A stretch of DNA of 64,000 bases from an uncultured Gammaproteobacteria bacterium (lineage in GTDB: Bacteria; Patescibacteriota; Microgenomatia; Levybacterales; GWA1-39-11). The first letter of the stretch is position 1. The number at the start of each line of letters is the position of its first letter. The notes beneath the pieces are model-generated. The model saw nothing but the letters and a program-made list of their open reading frames with translations, did no database searches and had not been told where the DNA came from. Positions 28,084 through 40,026 of this stretch are shown in pieces. The stretch lies in assembly GCA_964452165.1 (NCBI GenBank), contig CAYVKP010000002.1:24074-88073 (forward strand), read 5' to 3'. A program made the position numbers and the translations under genes.

Positions 28084-28176
28084 GCCTCAATATTAACCCG
28101 ATTTGACGGGCTATTCAAGCAAATGGTTGACAATCCGCGTTCTATGTCGCAAAATAATTAGGCAACTTGATCGAAT

Positions 28177-29130
28177 ATGGAACAGAAGAAACTTTCTGAA
28201 CTTCAAGAATACATTCAAATGTTTCTTGAATATCTGGAGATTGAGAAAAACTCCTCAAAATTGACGGTTAGAAACTATAGATTATATCTAAAGAGATTTG
28301 CTGAATGGTTTGCAGAAAACCACGGGGATAAAGGGATAAAGGATATCAACGTCGATATCGTACGCAAATACAGACTCTTTTTATCTAATTGGGTAGATGA
28401 AAAAGGAATGACCTTAATGCGCGTTACACAAAGCTATTATATTATTGCGTTACGTTCTTTCCTAAGATTTTTAGTCAGAAATGACTATGAAACGTTATCT
28501 CCAGAAAAAATAGATTTGCCAAAATCTGAAAGTAAGTCCCTTAAATTCCTTGAGAAAGACCATTTAAAAAATCTGTTCGACGCTGTAGATATATCAAAAA
28601 ACGACGAGAAGGCACTGCGAGACAGAGCCATTTTGGAATTGTTGTTCTCAACGGGTCTTCGTGTATCGGAGTTGTCAAGGCTAAACAGGAATCAGATAAA
28701 TTTTGAAACACGAGAGTTTGGCGTAATTGGAAAAGGCGGACGTGCACGCGTCGTTTTCCTTTCAGATTCTGCAGCGCATTGGTTATCTGCATATTTTGAT
28801 AAACGTGAAGACCCTTGGAAGCCTACCTTTGTCAGATACAGTAAAGAAAAAAGCTATGAAAATGGGGGCGAAAAAATGCGCCTCACTCCGCGATCAGTAG
28901 AACGAATCGTTGAGAAATATGTTCGGCAGGCTCGAATTCCAGTCAAGGCAACACCGCATACTCTGCGCCACTCTTTCGCGACAGATCTGCTTTATAACGG
29001 TGCGGACTTAAGGTCTGTTCAGGAAATGTTGGGACACAAAAATATCTCCACAACTCAGATTTATACCCACGTTACAAACCCGCAACTTAAGGAAATTCAC
29101 AAAAAATTCCACCACGGTAACAGAAGGTAA
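28177..29130 (+). CDS. Xer-type site-specific tyrosine recombinase
   Basis: TGLRVSEL, GKG, HTLRHSFAT and LGHKNISTTQIY; N-terminal SAM-like domain. Confidence 0.95.
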   Translation: MEQKKLSELQEYIQMFLEYLEIEKNSSKLTVRNYRLYLKRFAEWFAENHGDKGIKDINVDIVRKYRLFLSNWVDEKGMTLMRVTQSYYIIALRSFLRFLVRNDYETLSPEKIDLPKSESKSLKFLEKDHLKNLFDAVDISKNDEKALRDRAILELLFSTGLRVSELSRLNRNQINFETREFGVIGKGGRARVVFLSDSAAHWLSAYFDKREDPWKPTFVRYSKEKSYENGGEKMRLTPRSVERIVEKYVRQARIPVKATPHTLRHSFATDLLYNGADLRSVQEMLGHKNISTTQIYTHVTNPQLKEIHKKFHHGNRR

Positions 29131-29166
29131 TTTTGCTTTTTCTCCTGCCTGTTATATAATCCACTC

Positions 29167-30114
29167 ATGGCTGAAAGATATCATGCTGCCGCGATCGGCG
29201 CTTCCTACGTTGATACAAATACCCGAATGAGAGCTGAAGATTATCATGCAATGAAGTCTGGTATGGAAATTGCTCATCTCGGAAAACAAAAAGAATGGGG
29301 AGGTTCTGGGCCTATGTTCTCTCAGGCTTTTGCCGCTCTTGGTAGAAAAGTTTTATTTGCAGGAGAAGTTGGACACGATTTTGATGGAGAATTTGTTCTT
29401 CGTCAGGCAGAAAAAGCCGGAGTTGCATGTTTCGTTTCAATGAAGGGTGGATCGATAACTAATACAAACGAAAACATAGTGTTAGATAACGGAGAAAAAT
29501 ATTATTTTACAGACGGGACAGCAAATGCCAACCGGCAGTTAGACGCAGAAGACATTTTAAGCCGTCTAGATCCATATAAATTTTCAATAGAGCGTTATTA
29601 CTTAGCCGGCGGATTAAAGCTACCCGTCTTCACAAGAGATTTAAGCAAGCAACTTTTAACTCGAAAAGCTGACGTTGTTATCGACCATGGAAGAATTATT
29701 CCCGGTGTTACAACAGAAGAAAATAAACAAACAATTAGAGACGTTGTTAAAGAATCAAAGGTTTATTTGCCGGATGAAAGTGAATTAATGGGGTTGTACG
29801 ATGTTGAAGACCTTGAAGAAGCTATGCAAAAAGTCAAGGATTCTACGGATGCTCTAGTTGTGGTAAAAAGAGGGAAAAACGGAGCCTGTTACCTCGATCA
29901 TGGGAGACTTGTTGAAGTTCCGGGATATAGCGTTCCCGTTGTAAACAATGTAGGCGCAGGAGACACATTTAATGCGGGTTTAATAAGTAGTCTAATAAGT
30001 AGAAAGCCTTTGTATGATGCCGTCCGTTTTGCAAACGCTGTAGCTGCAATGAGGGTTGCAACTGGAGAATTTCATTCAACACAGGAAGTTGAGGAATTTA
30101 TGAAAACTGCCTAG
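29167..30114 (+). CDS. PfkB family carbohydrate kinase
   Basis: GG, VVKRGKNGA and NVGAGDTFNAG motifs. Confidence 0.9.
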   Translation: MAERYHAAAIGASYVDTNTRMRAEDYHAMKSGMEIAHLGKQKEWGGSGPMFSQAFAALGRKVLFAGEVGHDFDGEFVLRQAEKAGVACFVSMKGGSITNTNENIVLDNGEKYYFTDGTANANRQLDAEDILSRLDPYKFSIERYYLAGGLKLPVFTRDLSKQLLTRKADVVIDHGRIIPGVTTEENKQTIRDVVKESKVYLPDESELMGLYDVEDLEEAMQKVKDSTDALVVVKRGKNGACYLDHGRLVEVPGYSVPVVNNVGAGDTFNAGLISSLISRKPLYDAVRFANAVAAMRVATGEFHSTQEVEEFMKTA

Positions 30115-30185
30115 TCTTATAGGAATTGGTTAGCTGCTCTACTCTAGGATATTTAATGTTCGCCCCGCTTTTATTTTGGAGAGTC

Positions 30186-31112
30186 CTATAATTCTAAAAC
30201 CCAGTTTTTGAATTCTACTTCGCTCTTGTAGTCTCTACTTGGATTGAGTGACTCATCAAGAAAGCCGCCAATGGCGCGAGAAGTAAGGACTGTTTTCAGT
30301 TTACCTTTGTCGTAGCCTCTATTGAGGAGTTCGCCATAAATTTTGATCGCAAGCTTCCTGTCGTCAATAATTGAAAATACTCTTTGAATAAAATAGCAGA
30401 TGTCATAATATTCTACTCCGTGGGAATGGGCGTGCTCGCCGTCAATTAGTCCGAGGCCGTTATTCGATAGCAAAATTAAATGCCATGGTGTAAAGTCTCC
30501 GTGACGAGGTTTCTTTTCTAGGACACTGGCTCCCCGTTCAACAATTTCGAACAATCGTTCTACGCCATATTTTTGAACTATTTCTTTAGGTATTGCATCG
30601 AGCCATGATTTGGTTTTGGCAACAAACCACTTCTGATGGTTACTCTCTTCAATTAGATCGTTGTTCGAAACATTTATAGGAAGACCCTGAATGAGTTCGG
30701 AAAACTCTATGATTTGTTCGACGTGTTGTCCGATGGTGTTATTTGAACCGTCAAGTTTACAAAGAAGTGGGCCGTTAAATTTTTCCACGATTATGTAATA
30801 AAAATCTTTGTACAAACCATCATCAAAATTTTTAGGAACTCTAAACTGTTCACTTTTGGAATATTTATTAAATTCATCATTCCAAAGCTTGTCGATCTGC
30901 GTCCTTGCTGAAATTCCCTCACTTGTGGCAAGCTTTAGAAAATATTCCTGTCCCTCGCGTTCGACAACTCCAATAACATGTCTGCCCTCTTGCCGCAGTT
31001 GGCCAACTTTATATTTTCCTTCCAACTCTTTTCTAATATCCGTGAGGTCCAGATTTCCAGCCAATCTGTAATCGAGAATTTTTCCGTCCTTTTTTAATTT
31101 GAAAGCGTCCAT
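30186..31112 (-). CDS. Aminoglycoside phosphotransferase/kinase-like protein
   Basis: YFLK, HGDFTPWH and LIDGE motifs. Confidence 0.75.
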   Translation of the reverse strand: MDAFKLKKDGKILDYRLAGNLDLTDIRKELEGKYKVGQLRQEGRHVIGVVEREGQEYFLKLATSEGISARTQIDKLWNDEFNKYSKSEQFRVPKNFDDGLYKDFYYIIVEKFNGPLLCKLDGSNNTIGQHVEQIIEFSELIQGLPINVSNNDLIEESNHQKWFVAKTKSWLDAIPKEIVQKYGVERLFEIVERGASVLEKKPRHGDFTPWHLILLSNNGLGLIDGEHAHSHGVEYYDICYFIQRVFSIIDDRKLAIKIYGELLNRGYDKGKLKTVLTSRAIGGFLDESLNPSRDYKSEVEFKNWVLEL

Positions 31113-31147
31113 AAGAAGATTATATCTGTTTGGTGATTTGAGGTCGA

Positions 31148-32110
31148 CTATTTGCCCAGCACCAAAGCAAGAAGAGCCATGCGGACGTACATTCCATTTT
31201 TGACTTGAGAGCGAAGATACACGGACCTTGGATCGGAATCTATGTCTGTTGAAATTTCGTCGATTCTAGGCAAAGCGTGCATGACTATGCTTTTCTTTTT
31301 CATTGCAGTTAGCGTCAATTTGTCTACAACATATTTTCCTCGGATTTTTTTATATAAAGCCGGCGCCATAAATTCTTTCTTAACGCGTGTTACATATAAT
31401 ATGTCGGTTGAATCTATTACTTCATTGATATTTTCGGTTTCATACATATTGATCTTTCGCGCTTTCAGCCACGATTTGACCTCGGGATTTAGAGCGACTT
31501 GCTTTGGCGAGACGAAATTTATTTTATTGCCTTTGTAATATGAAAATAATTTGGCGAGCGAATTGACAGGTCTGTAATGAGCAAGTTCGCCGAAGAATGT
31601 TAGGGTAAGATTCTCAAGTCTTCCAAGCTCCCCGCGGATTGTATATAGATCATAAAGTGCTTGTGTTGGATGTTCGCCAATTCCATCCCCGGCATTTAGA
31701 ATGGGAATTTTTATAACATCTGCCATTCTTTTGACAGACCCTACTTCGGGGTGTCTTACGACTAGAACATCTGAGTAAGACTCAAAGACTTGCGCAGTGT
31801 CCTCAATAGTCTCCCCTTTTCCGGCCGAAGAGCTTTGCATGTTTTGTATTGGAATTATTCCTCCACCAAGTCTTTGCATCCCGGCGACAAAAGACCCGAA
31901 AGTACGGCTCGAGGGTTCGTAGAAAAGCGCAGACATTATTTTACCTGCAAGGATATTTGTTCCACCACGGGTTTCGATCATCTTCTTGAGTTCATCAGTC
32001 TTTTTAAAAAGTATTTTGACGTCTGCTGGAGTGAATTGATCGATTGAGAGAATATCTTTTCCCTTGAAGCTTCCGTTGATCAATGAATTATCGGCCGATT
32101 TTTTTGCCAT
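31148..32110 (-). CDS. pyrB: Aspartate carbamoyltransferase
   Basis: FYEPSSRT, NAGDGIGEHPTQ and HALPR motifs. Confidence 0.96.
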   Translation of the reverse strand: MAKKSADNSLINGSFKGKDILSIDQFTPADVKILFKKTDELKKMIETRGGTNILAGKIMSALFYEPSSRTFGSFVAGMQRLGGGIIPIQNMQSSSAGKGETIEDTAQVFESYSDVLVVRHPEVGSVKRMADVIKIPILNAGDGIGEHPTQALYDLYTIRGELGRLENLTLTFFGELAHYRPVNSLAKLFSYYKGNKINFVSPKQVALNPEVKSWLKARKINMYETENINEVIDSTDILYVTRVKKEFMAPALYKKIRGKYVVDKLTLTAMKKKSIVMHALPRIDEISTDIDSDPRSVYLRSQVKNGMYVRMALLALVLGK

Positions 32111-32199
32111 TGAGAAGGATTGTATTATTACGATGAGGGTTTGTCAACCAGGTTAGAACATCGAAACTAGATTTTTTTTGGAGTTTCAATCAAGGAGAA

Positions 32200-32409
32200 T
32201 TACTTTCCCGTGGCGTTTTGGTAGTTGAGGTTTGCTGCACCAATTTGCTGAGTGAATTTAGCGGTGATTGCATTGTAGGTGAGTATATATGTAACCATGG
32301 CAACAATTGCCATGATTACGATGAAGATGAACAGATCTTTTGTAAAGAAGGAAGGGGTTGTGGACGAGCGCGAAATTTTCCTCGATGAACTTTTCTTGCG
32401 GGCAGGCAT
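32200..32409 (-). CDS. Small single-TM protein
   Basis: Basic N-terminus plus TM; TTGACA-type promoter upstream. Confidence 0.7.
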   Translation of the reverse strand: MPARKKSSSRKISRSSTTPSFFTKDLFIFIVIMAIVAMVTYILTYNAITAKFTQQIGAANLNYQNATGK

Positions 32410-32490
32410 GAATTTATTGTTTCAAAATTAACAATTCTTGTCAAGTGTTTAGTCGTTGACATAATATCTCTCGAGCTTATAATGTGATTG

Positions 32491-33477
32491 ATGGCTCGAC
32501 CCGAAGTAGTTGACCGCTTCTCCCCTGCTCCATCTCCGCTAATGGGTATCGAGAATGCCGTTTCGGATCTTGAGAGGATGAAGCGAGAAGGAATAATCGT
32601 GGATATTTATAGAGGAAAAGTCCGCGATACAGTAGACTTCGGAAGTCATTTATTAGTTGTTGCAACCGACCGTATTTCGACTTACGACGAGAAACACCCT
32701 AATGGGATTCCAAACAAAGGAGACGTCTTAACCGCTATGACCTTAGGTTGGTTGGGTACTCTTCCATCCGCAAACTTAAATCACTTACTGTCCACAGACA
32801 GAGGTTGGCTTCCCGGTGAATTTCATGTTCCTGCTCTTGATCACCGATCGATGATAGTAAGAAAGCTGGATATGCTTCCCGGTGAGTTTATAGTCAGAGG
32901 CCATCTTACGGGTTCTGGGATGAGAGACTATCAGAAAAATGGAATGGTTTCGGGGATTCGCTTGCCATCGGATATGGTTGAGGCGCAGAAGCTTGATGAA
33001 CCTATATTTACGCCATCAACAAAAGCTAGCGTAGGTCATGATGAGAACATAGACATAAGAACTCTCATAAGATTGACCAGTGAAAAATTTCCACAGCACG
33101 ATGCGCAAGCTTTAATTTATGAAGCAAGAGACAGGACGCTTTCTCTTTATAAAGAAGCGTATGAGTACGCTCTGGCGCGTGGAATAATAATTGCGGATAC
33201 GAAATTTGAATTCGGTATTGATGAATTTGGAAATGTGATTTTGGCAGATGAGGTTTTGACCCCGGACTCTTCAAGGTTTTGGCCCGCCGAAGAGTATGAG
33301 CCGGGGCGCGTGCAGAACAGTTTTGATAAGCAGTACGTTCGAGATTATTGGACATCAGTCGATCCAGGACACACACCCCCAGCACCGATTCTTCCCCCAA
33401 ATGTTGTTGAGGTGACTGCGCAAAAATATCTTGAGGCGCTGAGAAGGTTGTTTGGTCAGGTACCGTTGGCTGCTTGA
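32491..33477 (+). CDS. purC: SAICAR synthetase
   Basis: GKVRD, TDRIS, FTPSTKA, IADTKFEFG and DEVLTPDSSRFW motifs. Confidence 0.96.
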   Translation: MARPEVVDRFSPAPSPLMGIENAVSDLERMKREGIIVDIYRGKVRDTVDFGSHLLVVATDRISTYDEKHPNGIPNKGDVLTAMTLGWLGTLPSANLNHLLSTDRGWLPGEFHVPALDHRSMIVRKLDMLPGEFIVRGHLTGSGMRDYQKNGMVSGIRLPSDMVEAQKLDEPIFTPSTKASVGHDENIDIRTLIRLTSEKFPQHDAQALIYEARDRTLSLYKEAYEYALARGIIIADTKFEFGIDEFGNVILADEVLTPDSSRFWPAEEYEPGRVQNSFDKQYVRDYWTSVDPGHTPPAPILPPNVVEVTAQKYLEALRRLFGQVPLAA

Positions 33478-34277
33478 ACTAAGTTCGAGAATAAGTAGGT
33501 TAGGTTGACCGGCCCTACTCCGCCCGGAGTTGGGGTAAAAGCGGCGGCAATTTGTTCAATCTCGTTCTGATCATAGTCCCCTCTGAGTTTTCCATCTTCT
33601 CCGTGGGTCCCAACACCAATTAAGATTGCTCCCGGTTTTAAGTTCAAGCTATTTACTACTCCACTCTTTCCAACGCAGGAAATTACAATGTCAGAATTAC
33701 GAATAATTTGATCCGGGTCCGCAGTTTTACTATCAACCAGCTTTACGTGCGCGTTTAGGCTCAAAAGAGCCCGTCGTATTGGGCCGCCTGCAGTTTCACC
33801 CTTGCCTAGCACCGTAATGCTGTAGCTGCCAAGGTCAGAATTTTTGTTCAATTCTTTCAAAGCGTACGATAACAACTTCCCAACAGCCAGCCAAACAGGT
33901 ACTTCAAATTTTGAATCTTCGCGAAATCCATCAACGTCTTTATCGTTCGAAATAGAATTTACAATAGTTGTTCGGTCAATCATAGCAGGCATAGGGCGCT
34001 GGACAATAATACCGTGATAAGCCGGATCCAAATTAATTTCTTCAATTACTTTGAGAAGTTTTTCTTGATCGGCATCTTCCAAATTTAAGACCACGGCTTT
34101 TATTCCAAGTTCATCGGCAACTTTTACCTTTTGAGCAACATATGTTTGCCAAGAATCCTCGGCGCCGAGAGTAATGATGGCAATTTTTGGAGTTACTCCG
34201 CGAGTTTTAAGTTCATCTATCTTCTTTTTGAGTTCAGCGCGGAGTTCTTGCGCAATTTCTTTTCCGCTTATCTTCAT
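33456..34277 (-). CDS. folD: Methylenetetrahydrofolate dehydrogenase/cyclohydrolase
   Basis: GIIVQRP, KDVDG and TPTPGGVGP motifs. Confidence 0.93.
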   Translation of the reverse strand: MKISGKEIAQELRAELKKKIDELKTRGVTPKIAIITLGAEDSWQTYVAQKVKVADELGIKAVVLNLEDADQEKLLKVIEEINLDPAYHGIIVQRPMPAMIDRTTIVNSISNDKDVDGFREDSKFEVPVWLAVGKLLSYALKELNKNSDLGSYSITVLGKGETAGGPIRRALLSLNAHVKLVDSKTADPDQIIRNSDIVISCVGKSGVVNSLNLKPGAILIGVGTHGEDGKLRGDYDQNEIEQIAAAFTPTPGGVGPVNLTYLFSNLVQAANGT

Positions 34278-34303
34278 AAGAAGATTATACCTGATGGGGG
34301 CCG

Positions 34304-36853
34304 TTACGGGGAGACGGCAGTTGCCGAGGAGACCTTATCATTCTTATCTGAAAAGCGCATTAAGATTACACCCTGGGCGTTTCTCGACAACAGCGGCGTT
34401 GCGTTAAGCGGAATTTTAACAACCTGACCTTTGAGCGATGTCATAATAACTTCTGTTGCAGCAGGATCCAAGACTCCTGCAAAAACAATTTTTCCGGTCT
34501 TCTCATTTATGTTTTGGATCCTTACTCCTTGACCATTTCTTCTCTGGTTGCGGACCTCCGAGACTTTGCTTCTTTTTCCAAGACCGTTTTCGGCAACTAC
34601 CAAGAGTGTTGCAGTTTTGTCTCCCCCCGAGACTATATCCATACCAATGACAGTATCATCTCCAACTAGCTTAATTCCTCCAACGCCCTGCGAGGATCTT
34701 CCTGTTGATCTTATTTGTTTTTCTCCAAAGCAAATTATCTTCCCGTTTTTGGTAATGAGGACTATGTCGTCCTCGCCGCTTGAGAAATTGACCCATTGAA
34801 GACTATCTCCCGCCTCAAGCTTTATAGAAATAATTCCACCGCGTCTTATATTTGCAAATTCAGAGATGTTTGTTTTCTTAACCACTCCCTTTTCTGTTGC
34901 CATGACAATATGTTTGTTTTTGGCCTTCTCTTTTGGATTGTAAGTCAAAATAGATTGAATTTTCTCGCCCGCGGTTATATCAATCAAATTAACAATCGCA
35001 GTACCTTTTGAAATTCTTGATGCCTCTTCCATTTCAAAGACTCTTGTTTGATAGACCTTCCCAAGATTTGTGAAGAACAGAATATAGTCATGGGTTTGAG
35101 CATAAAGAATCTTGTCTATTGTATCTTCATCTTTGGTCCTCATACCCATAACTCCTTTTCCTCCTCTTGCTTGAGTTTTAAAACTCATCATGCTTTGGCG
35201 CTTAACGTATCCTGTTTGTGTCAAGGTTATAACCGTTGGCTCATTTTGAATTAAATCTTCGTCTGAAAATTCATCAACTTTTGATTTGTAAACTTTTGTA
35301 CGTCGGCTGTCCTCATACTTTTCCTTAATTTTTAGTAGCTCATCAGATACAACTTTCAGCATTTTCGCAGGATCTGTAAGAAGGCTTTCTAGGTAGTCGA
35401 TTGTCTCTTTGACCATATTCCATTCGTCTTGAATTTTTTCTCGTTCAAGGGCCGCAAGTCTGCGAAGTTGCATATCCAAAATTGCAATTGCTTGAAGCTC
35501 GGAAAGTTTGAATTTTGCCATAAGATTTTCTCTTGCGGCATCAGCGCTCGCACTCTTTTTAATTGTGTCGATCACTTCATCAATATTGTTTACGGCAATA
35601 AGGAGTCCGTCTAGGATATGAAGTCTTGCTCGTGCTTGTCGGAGTTCGAATTCGCTTCTCCTGGTTATTACTGTGAACCTGTGGTCAACGTAAGCATCGA
35701 GAATTGCTTTCAGATTGAGAGTTCTTGGAATTCCGTCAACTAGAGCAACGATATTTGCCGGAAACGACGTTTGAAGTGAAGTAAGTTTGAACAAATTGTT
35801 GAGAACTTTTCTAGGAGATGCATCGCGCTTAAGTTCGGCAACAACCCTAATTCCGTGTCTATCCGATTCATCGCGTAGATCTGTAAGTCCTTCAAGCCTC
35901 TTATCTTTTGCAAGTTCTGCAATTTTCGCAACTAACGCGGCCTTGTTTACTTGATACGGAACTTCACGGATTATAATTGCGCTTTTTCCTTGTCCGATAT
36001 CTTCAATTTCAGCAATTCCCCGTATGATAATTTTTCCGCGTCCTGTTCTGTAAACATTTTTAATTTCGTTGATGTCGTAAATTGCTCCTCCGGTTGGAAA
36101 ATCCGGTCCCTTTATAAATTCCAGAAGCTCATCAACTGACACCTCGGACTCAAGTTCAAAAGCGGGCTTCAGAGAATTAATCTGCTCGTCAGTTAGCTCT
36201 CCTTCCGGTCGCTTGTAGCCTTCGCGTGGTTTGTGTTTGATTTTGTCGATGGTGTATGTAACAGCATCAATTACCTCACCAAGATTGTGGGGCGGAATCT
36301 TAGTTGCCATTCCGACTGCAATTCCTTCAGATCCCATCAAGAGAAGGTTCGGCAATTTACTCGGAAGATAGACCGGCTCTTTGAGTGTTCCATCAAAGTT
36401 GGGTAGAAATTCAACGGTGCCCTTATCTATATCAAAGAGCATTTCCATTGCCATATTAGTGAGTTTTGCCTCCGTATAACGCATGGCGGCGGCAGAGTCT
36501 CCGTCCATAGAGCCAAAGTTACCCTGACCGTCCACGAGTGGATAGCGCATTGCAAAATCCTGAGCCAAGCGGACTAAAGTATCATAGATTGCCATATCAC
36601 CATGCGGGTGATATTTACCCATGGTTTCTCCGACAATCTTTGCAGATTTTGCGTACTTTGCCGTGGGGTATAAATTCATCTCATACATCGCATATAAAAT
36701 TCTGCGATGTACAGGTTTCAATCCGTCTTTAACGTCCGGCAATGCACGCGCGACTATGACGCTCATTGCGTAATCCAAATACGCTTTTTTTGCCTCAGTT
36801 GTAATGTCGATTTGTTGTAATCGACCTATTGCGTTTTTAACTTCTGGTTCCAT
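34304..36853 (-). CDS. gyrA: DNA gyrase subunit A
   Basis: [21 protein letters not shown] and GyrA box QARGGKG. Confidence 0.97.
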   Translation of the reverse strand: MEPEVKNAIGRLQQIDITTEAKKAYLDYAMSVIVARALPDVKDGLKPVHRRILYAMYEMNLYPTAKYAKSAKIVGETMGKYHPHGDMAIYDTLVRLAQDFAMRYPLVDGQGNFGSMDGDSAAAMRYTEAKLTNMAMEMLFDIDKGTVEFLPNFDGTLKEPVYLPSKLPNLLLMGSEGIAVGMATKIPPHNLGEVIDAVTYTIDKIKHKPREGYKRPEGELTDEQINSLKPAFELESEVSVDELLEFIKGPDFPTGGAIYDINEIKNVYRTGRGKIIIRGIAEIEDIGQGKSAIIIREVPYQVNKAALVAKIAELAKDKRLEGLTDLRDESDRHGIRVVAELKRDASPRKVLNNLFKLTSLQTSFPANIVALVDGIPRTLNLKAILDAYVDHRFTVITRRSEFELRQARARLHILDGLLIAVNNIDEVIDTIKKSASADAARENLMAKFKLSELQAIAILDMQLRRLAALEREKIQDEWNMVKETIDYLESLLTDPAKMLKVVSDELLKIKEKYEDSRRTKVYKSKVDEFSDEDLIQNEPTVITLTQTGYVKRQSMMSFKTQARGGKGVMGMRTKDEDTIDKILYAQTHDYILFFTNLGKVYQTRVFEMEEASRISKGTAIVNLIDITAGEKIQSILTYNPKEKAKNKHIVMATEKGVVKKTNISEFANIRRGGIISIKLEAGDSLQWVNFSSGEDDIVLITKNGKIICFGEKQIRSTGRSSQGVGGIKLVGDDTVIGMDIVSGGDKTATLLVVAENGLGKRSKVSEVRNQRRNGQGVRIQNINEKTGKIVFAGVLDPAATEVIMTSLKGQVVKIPLNATPLLSRNAQGVILMRFSDKNDKVSSATAVSP

Positions 36854-37368
36854 TATTTATAATTTGCCATGCCTTTCTCAACTTCCGCAATGGCTTCTGC
36901 CGCGCCTTTCCAACCACTGACTTTAACCCATTTCCCGGGTTCGTTCTTTTTGTAATTCTCAAAGAAATATTTTATCTTATCTGTAATTTCGGCTGGGAGT
37001 TCGCTTATATCGTTGTACTTTCCAAACTCCGGGTTAACTTTTTCCGGTGGAACGGCGACCAGCTTTGCGTCTTGCCCGGATTCATCTTCTGTTTCAAGCA
37101 TTCCGATTGGCTTTGCTACCATCACTACTCCCGGTGTGACGGGTAAGGGTGATAAGACTAGAACATCAACCGGATCTCCATCTCCACTTAAAGTATTTGG
37201 AATAAATCCGTAATTTGCCGGATATCCTTTGTCAAAAAACAAAAAACGATCAACAAAAATCGCTTCGGTATCGTGATCGACTTCGTACTTTACTCTTGAA
37301 TCGAGTGGAACTTCAATTACTACGTTTACAATTTGAGGGGCTTTGTCCCCCGCTGTTAAATTCTTCAT
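36853..37368 (-). CDS. ppa: Inorganic pyrophosphatase (family I)
   Basis: YPANYGFIP and DGDPVD motifs. Confidence 0.96.
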   Translation of the reverse strand: MKNLTAGDKAPQIVNVVIEVPLDSRVKYEVDHDTEAIFVDRFLFFDKGYPANYGFIPNTLSGDGDPVDVLVLSPLPVTPGVVMVAKPIGMLETEDESGQDAKLVAVPPEKVNPEFGKYNDISELPAEITDKIKYFFENYKKNEPGKWVKVSGWKGAAEAIAEVEKGMANYK

Positions 37369-37385
37369 AAAAATAAAGTCACCTC

Positions 37386-39353
<1,968 letters not shown>

Positions 39354-39442
39354 TTAGATTATCTATACTACCATAATGCAAAGCCTGAATTCAACCACCA
39401 CCTCGCACAGATAAATCACAACTGATCCGAATCCATCTTGGC

Positions 39443-39985
39443 TCACAGATTTTTCTTTAATGCAGCAAGTAGCTCGGGGAAAGTCTCTTTGTGATAGTCT
39501 CCGCCAAAATGCCCTTTATCCGCGAATTCATAATACTCTGTGTTTAGATTTTTGTGGATAAACCGAGCTTCTTCTATGGGGATCCATGGATCATCGGTAG
39601 AATTAAATTGGATAATAAATTTCTGGTTCTCTTTTATTGATTGCCAATCCCAAGGCTTATCAAAATATTCACTCTCTTTTTCTTTTTCATCATTAAGGTC
39701 TGTATAATATCCTCCCACCAATACTGAGCCGAGGATTTTATTATCCTCAGCAAATCTCATGGCAGCTATTGCTCCCGTGGAATGACCAATCAGTATCGTT
39801 TGCTCGTCGGCTCCCAAGCTTTTAATAAATGGTAACCAATACTTTGATCTCGCAATGTCGTTATCAGGAAAGTTCTTATCGATGACCCGTAAGCCGAGCT
39901 TGCCGAGCTCTTCTTTTAAATAAGGGAACCAATTATCATGGGGTGTCCCTCCTCCATTACCAGGAAGAAAAATTACTTTTGTCAT
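39443..39985 (-). CDS. RBBP9/YdeN family alpha/beta hydrolase
   Basis: NWFP, GHSTG, STDDPWIP and GHF motifs. Confidence 0.9.
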   Translation of the reverse strand: MTKVIFLPGNGGGTPHDNWFPYLKEELGKLGLRVIDKNFPDNDIARSKYWLPFIKSLGADEQTILIGHSTGAIAAMRFAEDNKILGSVLVGGYYTDLNDEKEKESEYFDKPWDWQSIKENQKFIIQFNSTDDPWIPIEEARFIHKNLNTEYYEFADKGHFGGDYHKETFPELLAALKKNL

Positions 39986-40026
39986 TCCGAGATTATATCA
40001 CCGATTCTAATTTCAGTCGTAGTTAA

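Noticed and set aside
28177-29130. Prophage or ICE integrase
   Set aside because: Size and motifs fit a chromosomal Xer; no phage or conjugation genes and no att duplication nearby
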